A stretch of 64,000 bases of DNA from Dehalococcoidia bacterium (GCA_034422115.1 DAOUJW010000021.1:65876-129875), one strand, 5' to 3'; shown: positions 27,205-35,792, counted from the first letter of the stretch. Numbers and translations: made by a program. Notes: generated by a model from the letters alone, not told the origin.

Positions 27205-27927
27205 CTAAATTGACTTGGATGGCGCCGCGTCCTCAGAGTCCGGGGCGGCCTCCGCCTTGCCGATGGCCTCCAGCACCTTGTCGATGAAGGTCTCCTCCGG
27301 GACTGCGCCTATGAACTGGGTGGTCTCGTTGATGACCGTCTTGGGCACGCCCATGACCCGGTACTTCTGGGCAATCTGCGGGAACTCCTGCACCTCCACC
27401 ACGTCCGCCTTGACGCGGTCGTTCTCCATCGCCATCATTTGGGCCACACGGGCCACGGAGGGGCAGTGGGGTCAGGTGGGTGTCACAAACACCTGGATAT
27501 GGACGTCCTGGTCCACCAGTTGCAACTTCTTGCGAGTGTCCGCGCTGAGCGATGTCCTTGGCTTGGACAGCTTGATTGCGCTCTCAATTATGGTGACGAA
27601 CTCGTACCCCGACGGCATTCCGTAGTACTTGACGCTTGCGTCCTCGCCCCTGGTCACCACGATGGCTGGTATCCGCTCGACGCCGCTCTCACGGGCCGCC
27701 TGCCCCTGGCTGTAGAAGTCCACCGTCTCCAGCTCCAGCATAGGTGAGAGGGAGGTCAGCTCCTCCAGTATCTGCTGGGTCTGGGGGCAGGTGGCGCACT
27801 CCCGGCCGGGCACAAAAAGCTGTCCCGCAAGCTGGGAGGTGAAGAGCTTCAGGGTGATCTTGCGCTTCAGCTCCTTGCGAAATCGCTCCTCCAGGGTCTG
27901 GCGGTCCTGCGGTGAGATGATGGGCAT
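27205..27927 (-). CDS. two-domain glutaredoxin-like / protein-disulfide-oxidoreductase-like protein with in-frame UGA (candidate selenocysteine, U-P-H-C)
   Basis: ORFs 27472..27993 and 27205..27456 share one frame, interrupted only by TGA at 27472..27474. The junction reads VFVTPT-[TGA]-PHCPSVARVAQMM...EFPQIAQKYRVMGVPKTVIN. The first Trx unit has CATC. Start set at ATG 27927 (AAGGAG 7 nt upstream), because the longer ORF start lies inside a REP unit. Confidence 0.6.
27426..27469 (-). promoter_or_regulatory. candidate SECIS-like stem-loop downstream of the in-frame UGA
   Basis: Folded by hand. CCACUGCC (+3..+10) pairs with GGCGAUGG (+39..+46) with one C-A mismatch and one G-U pair. The apical hairpin is GGCC-CGUGU-GGCC (+18..+30). 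Confidence 0.3.
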
Positions 27928-27984
27928 TGGACGACTCCTTTGTCGTGGGCGGCGTAGGGTTATCTTACCATAAGGGTCTGTATT

Positions 27985-28077
27985 CCCGCTCATGGTGAGC
28001 TTGTCGAACCATTTGAGCGGGAAAAGAGCGGCCGTTGTCCCCGCTCATACCCTTCGACAGGCTCAGGGTGAGCGGGG
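27985..28077. repeat. REP-like hairpin pair (family A)
   Basis: Units at 27985..28021 (cccgctcatggtgagcttgtcgaaccatttgagcggg) and 28039..28077 (ccccgctcatacccttcgacaggctcagggtgagcgggg), with cores in inverted orientation. Confidence 0.9.
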
Positions 28078-28106
28078 ACAAGGTAACACCCCCGACGCAG
28101 CCACCC

Positions 28107-29474
28107 CTACCTGTACCGGGGCCGCTGGAGGGATGCGAAGAGGGCCGCCGAAATCATAAGCAGCGCAGCAAAGCTGAGGAAGGCGAACCTGTAGCTGCCG
28201 GAGACGTCGAAGACGTAGGCAGCATAGACGGGGCCGAGCATCGACCCGGCCATCTGCACCATGCCGGAGAGGCCCAGGATGGTGCCGAAGGACTTGCGCC
28301 CAAAGTAGTCGCCCTTGATGGCCGGCATGGTGGCGGCGGAGCAGCCGTAGGACGGGGCGTAGAGGGCCACGAACAGCGTGATGTGCCACAGGTCCTGGGC
28401 GTAGGCGATGACCAGGCAGGAGACGGCCAGGGAGCACACGCTGGCAACGGCGATGATCTTGGTTCCAAAGATGTCGTTGAGGACGCCGCCGCCCAGCCTG
28501 CCGATTATGCTGACCATGCCCATAGAGCCCAGGACGGCGGCGGCGGTCGCACGGGAGTAGCCCAGGTCCTCAACCAGGGGGATGGCATGGAGCGTGGCGG
28601 CCCCGGTGACCAGGAGCCGTATGGCGAACCCGAAGGACAGGACCCAGAAGGGCTTTGTGAGCAGGGCCTCCATCACGCTCATGCCGATGTCCGGCTCTTC
28701 CTCCGCCTCCGGCTCAGGCTCGGCCTCTGCAACCTCGGTCTCGTCCTCGGACCCGCCGCGGACGTCCAGGGGCTTGCCTGTAGCCGGTACAGTAACGTCT
28801 CCGTCCGGCATCATCCCGTACTGCTCCGGCCTGTGGCGCATCATGAGGCCGGTGGGTATCCCGATGAGCAGCGTGCCTATGCCGGTGGCGACGAAGGCCA
28901 TCCGCCAGCCGTACAGGTCGATGAACCAGGCGACCACTATCACGCCGGCCGCGCCCACGGCCACCGCCGAACGCAGCAGGCCAAAGGCCGTGCCCCTTCG
29001 CCGGATGAACCAGTTGGTCACCGTGGTGTCGATGGCTATCATGGAGCTGAGGCTGCGCCCCGCCGTCACCATCAGGATGAATATGAGATAGAAGGCCAGC
29101 AGGGAGTTGATCATGGACAGGAGTATCATGCCAATGCTGGTCAGGATGATACCCAGCACTATCATGATGCGCGGGCCGAACCTGTCGATCAGGAAGCCCT
29201 CTATGCCGCCCAGGAACCCGGCCTCCAGCCTGGAGAGGGAGATGGCGCCCGCCAGGGCCGTGCGGCCCCAGTCAAAGTGGTCTGTGAGGCGCTTGTAGAA
29301 GAGGCTCAGGCCGTATGCGCCGGTCATGCTGCTGAAGGTCAGGAGCAGGAACGCGGCCAGCACAATCCACCAGCCGTAGAAGATCCTTGGCCTGCTCTGC
29401 TGCAACTCTGGACCTTCCTTCCCGTGCCTGGTGTCGATAGAGTCTGGGGTCGACGATGCGCGTGGGCGCCGCAT
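28107..29474 (-). CDS. MFS transporter (oxalate/formate-antiporter-like) with acidic central loop
   Basis: Twelve-TM-like hydrophobic profile and N-terminal FYGWWIVLAAF. Start taken at ATG 29474, because the ORF extension to 29621 translates a REP unit (FDRLTMSG). Confidence 0.8.
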   Translation of the reverse strand: MRRPRASSTPDSIDTRHGKEGPELQQSRPRIFYGWWIVLAAFLLLTFSSMTGAYGLSLFYKRLTDHFDWGRTALAGAISLSRLEAGFLGGIEGFLIDRFGPRIMIVLGIILTSIGMILLSMINSLLAFYLIFILMVTAGRSLSSMIAIDTTVTNWFIRRRGTAFGLLRSAVAVGAAGVIVVAWFIDLYGWRMAFVATGIGTLLIGIPTGLMMRHRPEQYGMMPDGDVTVPATGKPLDVRGGSEDETEVAEAEPEPEAEEEPDIGMSVMEALLTKPFWVLSFGFAIRLLVTGAATLHAIPLVEDLGYSRATAAAVLGSMGMVSIIGRLGGGVLNDIFGTKIIAVASVCSLAVSCLVIAYAQDLWHITLFVALYAPSYGCSAATMPAIKGDYFGRKSFGTILGLSGMVQMAGSMLGPVYAAYVFDVSGSYRFAFLSFAALLMISAALFASLQRPRYR

Positions 29475-29543
29475 CGAGCGTACCCGTCGGCCTCGGACTA
29501 ACATATACCCAGGGCAGGTGCGTGTCAACCAAAGGACATCCTG

Positions 29544-29637
29544 CCCGCTCATGGTGAGCCTGTCGAACCATTTGAGCGGGCATAAAGCAGGGGTGAGGCT
29601 CCCGCTCACACCCTTCGACAAGCTCAGGATGAGCGGG
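29544..29637. repeat. REP-like hairpin pair (family A)
   Basis: Units at 29544..29580 and 29601..29637, with the same architecture as 27985..28077. Confidence 0.9.
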
Positions 29638-29781
29638 AATGAAGTGTATCAGCACACGTTGGCGATCACGAGGAGGGATACCAACACCGGTCAGAGATAC
29701 CGAACATTGCTACCGATTGACCGCGGAAGGTACAAGGCATAGAATGGAAGGACACCATTCCTTCAGTTTTAAGGAGCATAC

Positions 29782-30030
29782 ATGTACTCAAGCGTGATTG
29801 GTAAGATAGAGAAGGCCAAGAGGTACGCCGAGGAGAAGGGCCGGGTAACCTTCAGCAGCTTTGTGGTGAACTTCCGTGGCGAGAACGACGACCACAAGGT
29901 GGAGTACAGCGAGGGGGTCCTGTCCTGTACCTGCGCATTCTTTGCCGGTCACGGCTTCTGTACTCACACCATGGCCATTGAACGAATGCTGGAGGAGATG
30001 CTTGCTCCAGTAGAAGTGGCCCAGGCCTAG
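29782..30030 (+). CDS. small SWIM-type zinc-finger protein (82 aa)
   Basis: CTCAFFAGHGFCTH fits the SWIM CxCxnCxH signature. Confidence 0.55.
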   Translation: MYSSVIGKIEKAKRYAEEKGRVTFSSFVVNFRGENDDHKVEYSEGVLSCTCAFFAGHGFCTHTMAIERMLEEMLAPVEVAQA

Positions 30031-30106
30031 CACATATAACCCCGGTACACCGCAACAGGTTAACACAGCCGCCCAGGGCTGCAATGAGCCTGGAAACCAC
30101 GAGCCG

Positions 30107-30604
30107 ATGTTGTTGATCTTTGGCGGTCTTCCCGCCGTAGGGAAGACATCAATTGCCGCCGGCCTTGCGCGGGACATCGGGGCTGTTCACCTGCGCATCG
30201 ACTCCATAGAGCAGGCGCTGCGCAACTCCAACATGACCATTTCGGGCCCTGAGGGGTATGAGGTCGCTTATGCGATTGCCGAGGACAACCTGAAACTGGG
30301 TCACACCGTAATTGCAGATTCCGTGAACCCGATAGAGGTAACGAGAGCCGCCTGGCGGGAGGTCGCCCGGCGGGCGGGCAAGCCCTACGTTGAGATTGAG
30401 ATTGTCTGCTCAGACCAGGCGGAACACCGGCGCAGGGTGGAGTCGCGAGTGGCCGACATCCCCGGCCACAGGTTGCCCTCGTGGCAGGAGGTGTGCGACC
30501 GGGAGTACGAGCCCTGGGCGGCCGGCATGGTCATTGACACGGCGGGGCAGGATATCGAGGCGAGCGTCTCAGCGCTGCGTGAGAGGCTGGAGGGTTCAGG
30601 GTGA
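30107..30604 (+). CDS. P-loop kinase-like ATPase (AAA_33-type)
   Basis: Walker A GGLPAVGKTS at the N-terminus, Walker-B-like VIADSV, 165 aa. Confidence 0.65.
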   Translation: MLLIFGGLPAVGKTSIAAGLARDIGAVHLRIDSIEQALRNSNMTISGPEGYEVAYAIAEDNLKLGHTVIADSVNPIEVTRAAWREVARRAGKPYVEIEIVCSDQAEHRRRVESRVADIPGHRLPSWQEVCDREYEPWAAGMVIDTAGQDIEASVSALRERLEGSG

Positions 30605-30624
30605 GCGGGTAATCTTAATTGTCC

Positions 30625-32376
30625 TCACACCCTCGCGGCCACCGCCTCCTGGATGAGGCTGAGCACGTCATTTACGGGCCTTGCGCCCAGGTCCTGGCCG
30701 TCCCGCAGGCGCACCGCAACCGAGTCGGCCTCCATCTCCCGGTCGCCCACCACCAGCATGAAGGGCACCTTGTTCAGCTGGGCGTTGCGTATCTTGGCGT
30801 TCATACGCTCCGAGCGTCCGTCCACCTCCACCCGGATGTCCTGTGCCCGCAGCCTGTCCGACACCCCGTTGGCAAAGTCCAGGTGGCGGTCTGCTATGGG
30901 GATGACCACCACCTGCACGGGGGCCAGCCACGCGGGAAACGCCCCGGCGTAGTGCTCGATGAGGACGCCAAAGAAGCGCTCGATGGCTCCCAGCAGGGCG
31001 CGGTGCACCATGAAGGGTCGATGCTCGCGGCCGTCCTCGCCGATGTAGGTCACGTCGAACCGCTCCGGCAGGTTGAAGTCGAACTGGATGGTTGAGCACT
31101 GCCACTCGCGGCCCAGGGCGTCCAGCAGCTTCACGTCTATCTTGGGGCCGTAGAAGGCCGCGCCCCCGTCGTCCACGTCGTGGGGCAGGTTTCGCTCCAG
31201 GATGACCTCGCGCAGGACCTGGGTCGCCATGTCCCAGTCATCCACGGAGCCGGCGAACTTCCCGCTTTCGTTGCGAGTCGAGAGGTAGACGTGGAACTGC
31301 TGAAAGCCAAAGGCGTTCAGGAAGAACTGCATGAAGTCCACGCACCTGCCAATCTCCTCCTTCACCTGGTCAGGGCGGCAGAAGATGTGGGCGTCGTCCT
31401 GGGTGAAGCCGCGCACCCGCAGCAGGCCGTGCAGCACGCCCGACCGCTCGTAGCGGTACACCGTCCCCAGCTCCCCCAGGCGCATGGGCAGCTCCCGGTA
31501 GCTCCTGAGGCCGTTCTTGTAAATCTGCACGTGGAAGGGGCAGTTCATGGGCTTCACGTAGTAGTCCTGGCCGTCCACGTCCATGGGGGAGTACATGTTC
31601 TCGGCGTAGAAGTCCAGGTGGCCGCTGGTCTCCCAGAGGGTGGACTTGCCGACGTGGGGCGAATAGACCAGATCGTAGCCGGCGCGGTAGTGCTCCCTGC
31701 GCCAGAAGTCCTCGATGATGCCGCGCACGCGGCCGCCCTTTGGATGCCAGTAGACCAGCCCCGGGCCGTACTCCTCGTGGAACGACAGCAGGTCAAGCTC
31801 ACGGCCCAGCCTGCGATGGTCCCGGCGCTGGGCCTCCTCCAGGCGCTCCAGGTACTCCTCCAGCGCCTCGCCGGTCTCGAAGGCCGTGCCGTAGATGCGC
31901 TGAAGCATGGGGCGTTTCTCGTCGCCCCGCCAGTAGGCGCCGGCGATGCTCAGGAGCTTGCAAGCGCTTATGTGCGCTGTCGTGTCCACGTGAGGCCCAC
32001 GACACAAATCCACGAAGTCGCCGTGGCGGTAGACGCTGATGACCTCGTCGGTTGGCAGCTCTTCGATGATCTCCAGCTTGTAGGTCTGCTCTGCGAACAT
32101 CTCAAGGGCCTGCTCGCGGCTTATCTCCTGGTACACGAAGGGAAGGCCGCCGGCGATGGTCTCCCATATGCGCTCCTCAATGGCCTCCAGGTCCTCCGGG
32201 GTGAAGGCGCGGGACACCTCGAAGTCGTAGTAGAAGCCGTCCTCGGTGGGAGGCCCAATGCCCAGCTTGGCCTCCGGGAAGAGCTGGAGCACGGCGTCCG
32301 CCATCACGTGGGCGGCGGAGTGCCTCATGCGCTCGCGGAGGGAGTGGGTGTCCTGGTTGTGGTCAAGGGTGGTCAT
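30625..32376 (-). CDS. thrS: threonine--tRNA ligase lacking the N-terminal TGS domain
   Basis: Begins at the editing-domain motif RHSAAHVMADAV. Class II core (YRYERSGVLHGLLRVRGFTQDDAHIF) and a C-terminal anticodon-binding domain. 583 aa. Confidence 0.93.
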   Translation of the reverse strand: MTTLDHNQDTHSLRERMRHSAAHVMADAVLQLFPEAKLGIGPPTEDGFYYDFEVSRAFTPEDLEAIEERIWETIAGGLPFVYQEISREQALEMFAEQTYKLEIIEELPTDEVISVYRHGDFVDLCRGPHVDTTAHISACKLLSIAGAYWRGDEKRPMLQRIYGTAFETGEALEEYLERLEEAQRRDHRRLGRELDLLSFHEEYGPGLVYWHPKGGRVRGIIEDFWRREHYRAGYDLVYSPHVGKSTLWETSGHLDFYAENMYSPMDVDGQDYYVKPMNCPFHVQIYKNGLRSYRELPMRLGELGTVYRYERSGVLHGLLRVRGFTQDDAHIFCRPDQVKEEIGRCVDFMQFFLNAFGFQQFHVYLSTRNESGKFAGSVDDWDMATQVLREVILERNLPHDVDDGGAAFYGPKIDVKLLDALGREWQCSTIQFDFNLPERFDVTYIGEDGREHRPFMVHRALLGAIERFFGVLIEHYAGAFPAWLAPVQVVVIPIADRHLDFANGVSDRLRAQDIRVEVDGRSERMNAKIRNAQLNKVPFMLVVGDREMEADSVAVRLRDGQDLGARPVNDVLSLIQEAVAARV

Positions 32377-32436
32377 GGCTGTATCCAGGTAGCTAGTCTA
32401 CCCGCAAGGGCGCAAACTGGCAAGGCTGGGTGGGGC

Positions 32437-32916
32437 CTAGAGGCGCTTGTAATAGCGAACCAAGGGCAAGGGAGTGTAGCCCGCTTTCTCATACGATCTT
32501 CGGGCGGGCGCATGGGACTCATCGCCGCCAGTTCCTACCTCGACCATCACAACCCCAGCAGCTTGCATCTCCTCCAGAGCCCTCTTGTTCAACCCTGTAC
32601 CAATGCCGAGACTCTGGTAGTCGGGATGTACCGCCAGTAACTCCACCTCCCCGGTTTGGCCTCTGATCTGATAAGCCACAAACCCGACAACTTTTCCGTC
32701 TAGCTCGGCAACAAGGACGCTGGTATTCTCCCGATCCTTGCAAGAGGCTTCCACTCCTTCCCTTTGACTCTCACGCCAATCAGGATAGAGAAAGCTATAG
32801 ATTTTGGGTCCAAGTATTTGCTTGAAAGAGGCAAATACCGGTTCCCAGGCCAACAGTGACACCTCGACTATTTCGTCGAGGTCTTTATCATCAAATATTC
32901 GGACTTGCCAGCTCAT
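32437..32916 (-). CDS. GNAT-family N-acetyltransferase
   Basis: LAVHPDYQSLGIGTGLNKRALEEM acetyl-CoA-binding motif. 159 aa. AT-richer than thrS. Confidence 0.8.
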   Translation of the reverse strand: MSWQVRIFDDKDLDEIVEVSLLAWEPVFASFKQILGPKIYSFLYPDWRESQREGVEASCKDRENTSVLVAELDGKVVGFVAYQIRGQTGEVELLAVHPDYQSLGIGTGLNKRALEEMQAAGVVMVEVGTGGDESHAPARRSYEKAGYTPLPLVRYYKRL

Positions 32917-32948
32917 TTACTATCCTCACGAGCTTCTGCCCCGCAGAT

Positions 32949-34193
32949 TCAGGTTGTCTTGTCCTCAAACTGCCGCCGCACTTCACCCGTACCAACAAAC
33001 TGGGAGAGAAGCCGGTAGTTGCCTGACTCATAGCGGATGCGGCCGGCGACAATTGCCGGGTGGATCCGGGCTTGGGACGCCATCTGCATCACCTCCATTG
33101 GCCCGGCGTCCTCCAGTATCACGCCTCCCGCCCAAATCTCAGGCGGTATCAGAGCGTCCTGGGCGAGCTTATCAGCCTGTTCTTCTACTGAGCCTTTCTC
33201 TGTCCCGCGCAGTGAGTGGTCGTCGACAAAGCCCTCTTCATCTGCATCTCGGTCCAGGTGAAGTCCCACGTGGGCCAGCTCATGGAGTAGCGTATACCAG
33301 AAGTTGTCTATGCGGTCGTAGCGAAGGGTCAGGCCAATAACGGGTCTGCCGCCGGGCAGTCGCAGGGCTGCACCGTCCAGGTGTGTCCGGGGCAGGTGGC
33401 TCACGTACTCAAGACATATCCCTTGCTGAGCCAGATACTCCCTGGCCTGCACAGGGCCGTTCTCCATTACGCTCAACTGGGCCAGATGACGAAGAAGTTG
33501 AGGATTCACTGTGCCTGTATGGTACGCGACGGATGGCTCGTTCCGCCTGGCCTGTGCCAGCGCCTGCCAGCACCAGGCCCGGAGCGCGTAGTCGTCCGTC
33601 TTGGCGTTGACGCGCCGGTCGTCGTTCTTCCGATACAGGGGCTTGAGGGCAAGTTGAGGACCCACTGCCCGGTCCATCAGCCCTCTGATAAACTCTTCTG
33701 CGCGGTCTCTCAGATTGGCGACATTTGGGATCCATCCGGCATTCACCATGGCCTTTAGTGGAAACTTGCTCCACTCAATGTCCGGTATGTCGTCCGGGAT
33801 ACTTGCGCCCGGCTCTTGCAGCAGGACGTCGGCGGGTATGCCAAGGTGCTGGTGAAGGGCGCGAGCCATAGACATAGTGATGGGCCTCTTGCCCGAAAGC
33901 ACTTCAGAGACCCTGGCGGGGCTGCCTATGAACGGGACCAGGTCGCGACGAGTGAGTCCGGCCTGGTCCATGCGGAACTCAATGGCCGCAATTGCGGAAG
34001 GGAATCCCATGTCCACGGTCTTGGATTCGTAGACCTCAACAAGGTCGGACAGCACTTCCAGTTCGATTCTGCTGTGGTTGTTGGGGTCTTCAATCTGTCC
34101 ATCAGGACCCGAGAGTTCCTCCATAAGGTCCGCTATACGAGCCAAGGCCTCTTCGTAGTCCTCTTCGCTGCGAATCGGCCTGACGCTCACCAT
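32949..34193 (-). CDS. HigA-like HTH domain fused to ImmA/IrrE-family zinc metallopeptidase
   Basis: N-terminal antitoxin-like region with HTH (AGLTRRDLVPFIGSPARVSEVLSGKRPITMSMARAL). C-terminal HEXXH (LLHELAHVGLH). Lies 2 nt downstream of higB. Confidence 0.75.
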   Translation of the reverse strand: MVSVRPIRSEEDYEEALARIADLMEELSGPDGQIEDPNNHSRIELEVLSDLVEVYESKTVDMGFPSAIAAIEFRMDQAGLTRRDLVPFIGSPARVSEVLSGKRPITMSMARALHQHLGIPADVLLQEPGASIPDDIPDIEWSKFPLKAMVNAGWIPNVANLRDRAEEFIRGLMDRAVGPQLALKPLYRKNDDRRVNAKTDDYALRAWCWQALAQARRNEPSVAYHTGTVNPQLLRHLAQLSVMENGPVQAREYLAQQGICLEYVSHLPRTHLDGAALRLPGGRPVIGLTLRYDRIDNFWYTLLHELAHVGLHLDRDADEEGFVDDHSLRGTEKGSVEEQADKLAQDALIPPEIWAGGVILEDAGPMEVMQMASQARIHPAIVAGRIRYESGNYRLLSQFVGTGEVRRQFEDKTT

Positions 34194-34195
34194 GA

Positions 34196-34489
34196 TTACA
34201 CCTCCTCTGCATTGATGCGGTCATATTCAGCATGTGTGCCAATGAAGCGTACGTATACGATACCTCCTGGGTAGAATACGCTTACTACCAGCCGGTAGGC
34301 GCCGCCTTTGAGCCGGAAGACCACCCTATCTTTCCCGACTATGCTGGCAGTTGGGTGGAGCTCCTGAACTCTGGCCGGTGAGTCCCATTGCTCCCGGCTT
34401 GCCTGATCATGCCAAGCGCTGAGCGGCCCCTCTGCATCGGCATGAAGCTGCCAGAAATCGCGGAGAGTCCTCTTAGCAATGATTCTCAC
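34196..34489 (-). CDS. higB: HigB-family toxin (RelE/ParE superfamily mRNA interferase)
   Basis: MRIIAKRTLRDFW...VFRLKGGAYRLVVSVFYPGGIVYVRFIGTHAEYDRI is the typical HigB (PF09907-type) pattern. Confidence 0.75.
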   Translation of the reverse strand: MRIIAKRTLRDFWQLHADAEGPLSAWHDQASREQWDSPARVQELHPTASIVGKDRVVFRLKGGAYRLVVSVFYPGGIVYVRFIGTHAEYDRINAEEV

Positions 34490-34583
34490 AGGCGGACATG
34501 ACTCCTCCTTTTGGGTGCATTATACAACGCTCCCAAAAGAGATACAAGTAATGTAATCCCATAGTAAAGCGTCGCCGACTCTC

Positions 34584-34665
34584 CCCGCTCGTGGTGAGCC
34601 TGTCGAACCAGAGCGGGAGTGTCGACGACAGGCCACTCACCCTTCGACAAGCTCAGGATGAGCGG
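34584..34665. repeat. REP-like hairpin pair (family A)
   Basis: Units at 34584..34617 and 34633..34665. Confidence 0.85.
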
Positions 34666-34730
34666 ACGCCCCCACCCCTGGATGCCTGCCTACGCAGGCA
34701 TGGTTGCGTTGCGCGCCCCGCGCCCGCGGC

Positions 34731-34934
34731 CTACCCGCCTCCCGATACCCGGGGCCAGCGTCTCGGGTCCCTTGCCTCCGCGTGCGTGATGCTCTCCAGA
34801 GGCGCCCCGGGCTCCTGCTCAATGAGCTGGAGGAGGCCACACTCAGGGCACCAGGCGAGATAGACGTCCCCGCCTCGGATGCGCTGGACCACCGGCGCCG
34901 GGTCATCATCGCCGCATTGCCTAGTTGCGCTCAT
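34731..34934 (-). CDS. hypothetical small Cys-containing protein (67 aa)
   Basis: GGGAGAGG Shine-Dalgarno 4 nt upstream of the ATG. RQCGDD...WCPECG has only three Cys. Sits between REP units. The coding call is tentative. Confidence 0.3.
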   Translation of the reverse strand: MSATRQCGDDDPAPVVQRIRGGDVYLAWCPECGLLQLIEQEPGAPLESITHAEARDPRRWPRVSGGG

Positions 34935-35001
34935 TGGCCTCTCCCTCTCTTATGCTTGTCCTCACGCCACCAGCGCCACTCCTTCCCGCCCACTAGGTAT
35001 T

Positions 35002-35041
35002 CCCGCTCATCCTGAGCTTGTCGAAGGGTCTAACCGAGCGG
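35002..35041. repeat. REP-like hairpin unit (family A)
   Basis: cccgctcatcctgagcttgtcgaagggtctaaccgagcgg. Confidence 0.8.
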
Positions 35042-35087
35042 AGGGGGCCGCATTCCTGCAAGAGACCTCAACTTATTCAGAGGTTTC

Positions 35088-35792
35088 TTAGTTCTTGAGA
35101 AAGTCCTCCGGTTTCGGTCGGCGACCCCAATCTTGCTGGCTGAAAGGAACATAGCTTTCCGCCAACTGTTGACGCCACAGCCGGTCCGCCTCTTCGTACT
35201 GTCTTGTTGCTTTCAACTTCTCCGTTCTTTTGGGGTTGAGCTGGTGTACGTTTCCAACTTCAGTCTCGTTTGGGTCGAAGTGAGCGGTAGTATAAGCCAC
35301 TCTTTCGTGAACAGTCATTGTGTGGTCGTAAGGTGTCTGGACGTCCAGTACGTAAGCACTCTCCATGTCGCAGATGCAATACCAGCGATTCTCCTGATTG
35401 GGGTAAATGTGTTCATACCCCAAGAGAATCCTGATCGACAGACTTGTAGCATGAGAAGGGGTGCCGTGGATCGGATTGCGTCTTGGTGCTCGTATCCATT
35501 GCCTAATTCTCCTAAGCCGGTAATCACTTGGCTTTTCGTTCATATTGCGCGCTTTGAACATCCAAGGTCGTATAAATTTCGAAAGGCTATATCTGGCCTC
35601 CTCGTAGGACTCTCTAGAAGGAGACCAGAAGGCTGCGTGTACTAGGGCTACGACAGCGCAATCGCCTGTTGGCATCTCCGGTATGGTTCCTGTAGACTTC
35701 CATTCTTGCTCCAGAAACTCTGCCCTGCCACCGTCAGTCAATTGCTGGCTCAGATTCGCCAAACATTGCCGTGGATTAGTATGGACACTCAT
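35088..35792 (-). CDS. hypothetical protein (234 aa), AT-richer orphan; possible papain-fold Cys/His enzyme
   Basis: Long ORF in a clearly AT-richer block. Candidate nucleophile GDCAVVALVHAAF, later YDHTMTVHE and HFDPNE. Charged helical C-terminus. The fold assignment is speculative. Confidence 0.6.
   Translation of the reverse strand: MSVHTNPRQCLANLSQQLTDGGRAEFLEQEWKSTGTIPEMPTGDCAVVALVHAAFWSPSRESYEEARYSLSKFIRPWMFKARNMNEKPSDYRLRRIRQWIRAPRRNPIHGTPSHATSLSIRILLGYEHIYPNQENRWYCICDMESAYVLDVQTPYDHTMTVHERVAYTTAHFDPNETEVGNVHQLNPKRTEKLKATRQYEEADRLWRQQLAESYVPFSQQDWGRRPKPEDFLKN

Noticed and set aside
27205-27993. The alternative reading of the split thioredoxin-fold gene as a pseudogene or two genes.
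   Set aside because: This is not fully excluded. I disfavour it because there is a single interruption, it is a TGA, it falls exactly on the redox Cys codon, the frame is preserved, and both halves keep family-like sequence. It is reported as a candidate Sec gene with moderate confidence.
28035-29501. 488-aa + strand ORF antisense to the MFS transporter.
   Set aside because: The translation is Gly/Ala/Asp/His-rich low complexity with no TM pattern or motifs, while the minus strand gives a clean 12-TM-like MFS.
32377-32436. A T-box or leader regulatory RNA upstream of thrS, and likewise for cysS.
   Set aside because: The thrS upstream spacer is only 60 nt, and the cysS start overlaps ispF. 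There is no room for a roughly 200-nt T-box.
31180-32640. 486-aa + strand ORF antisense to thrS.
   Set aside because: Same reasoning. thrS is unambiguous on the minus strand.
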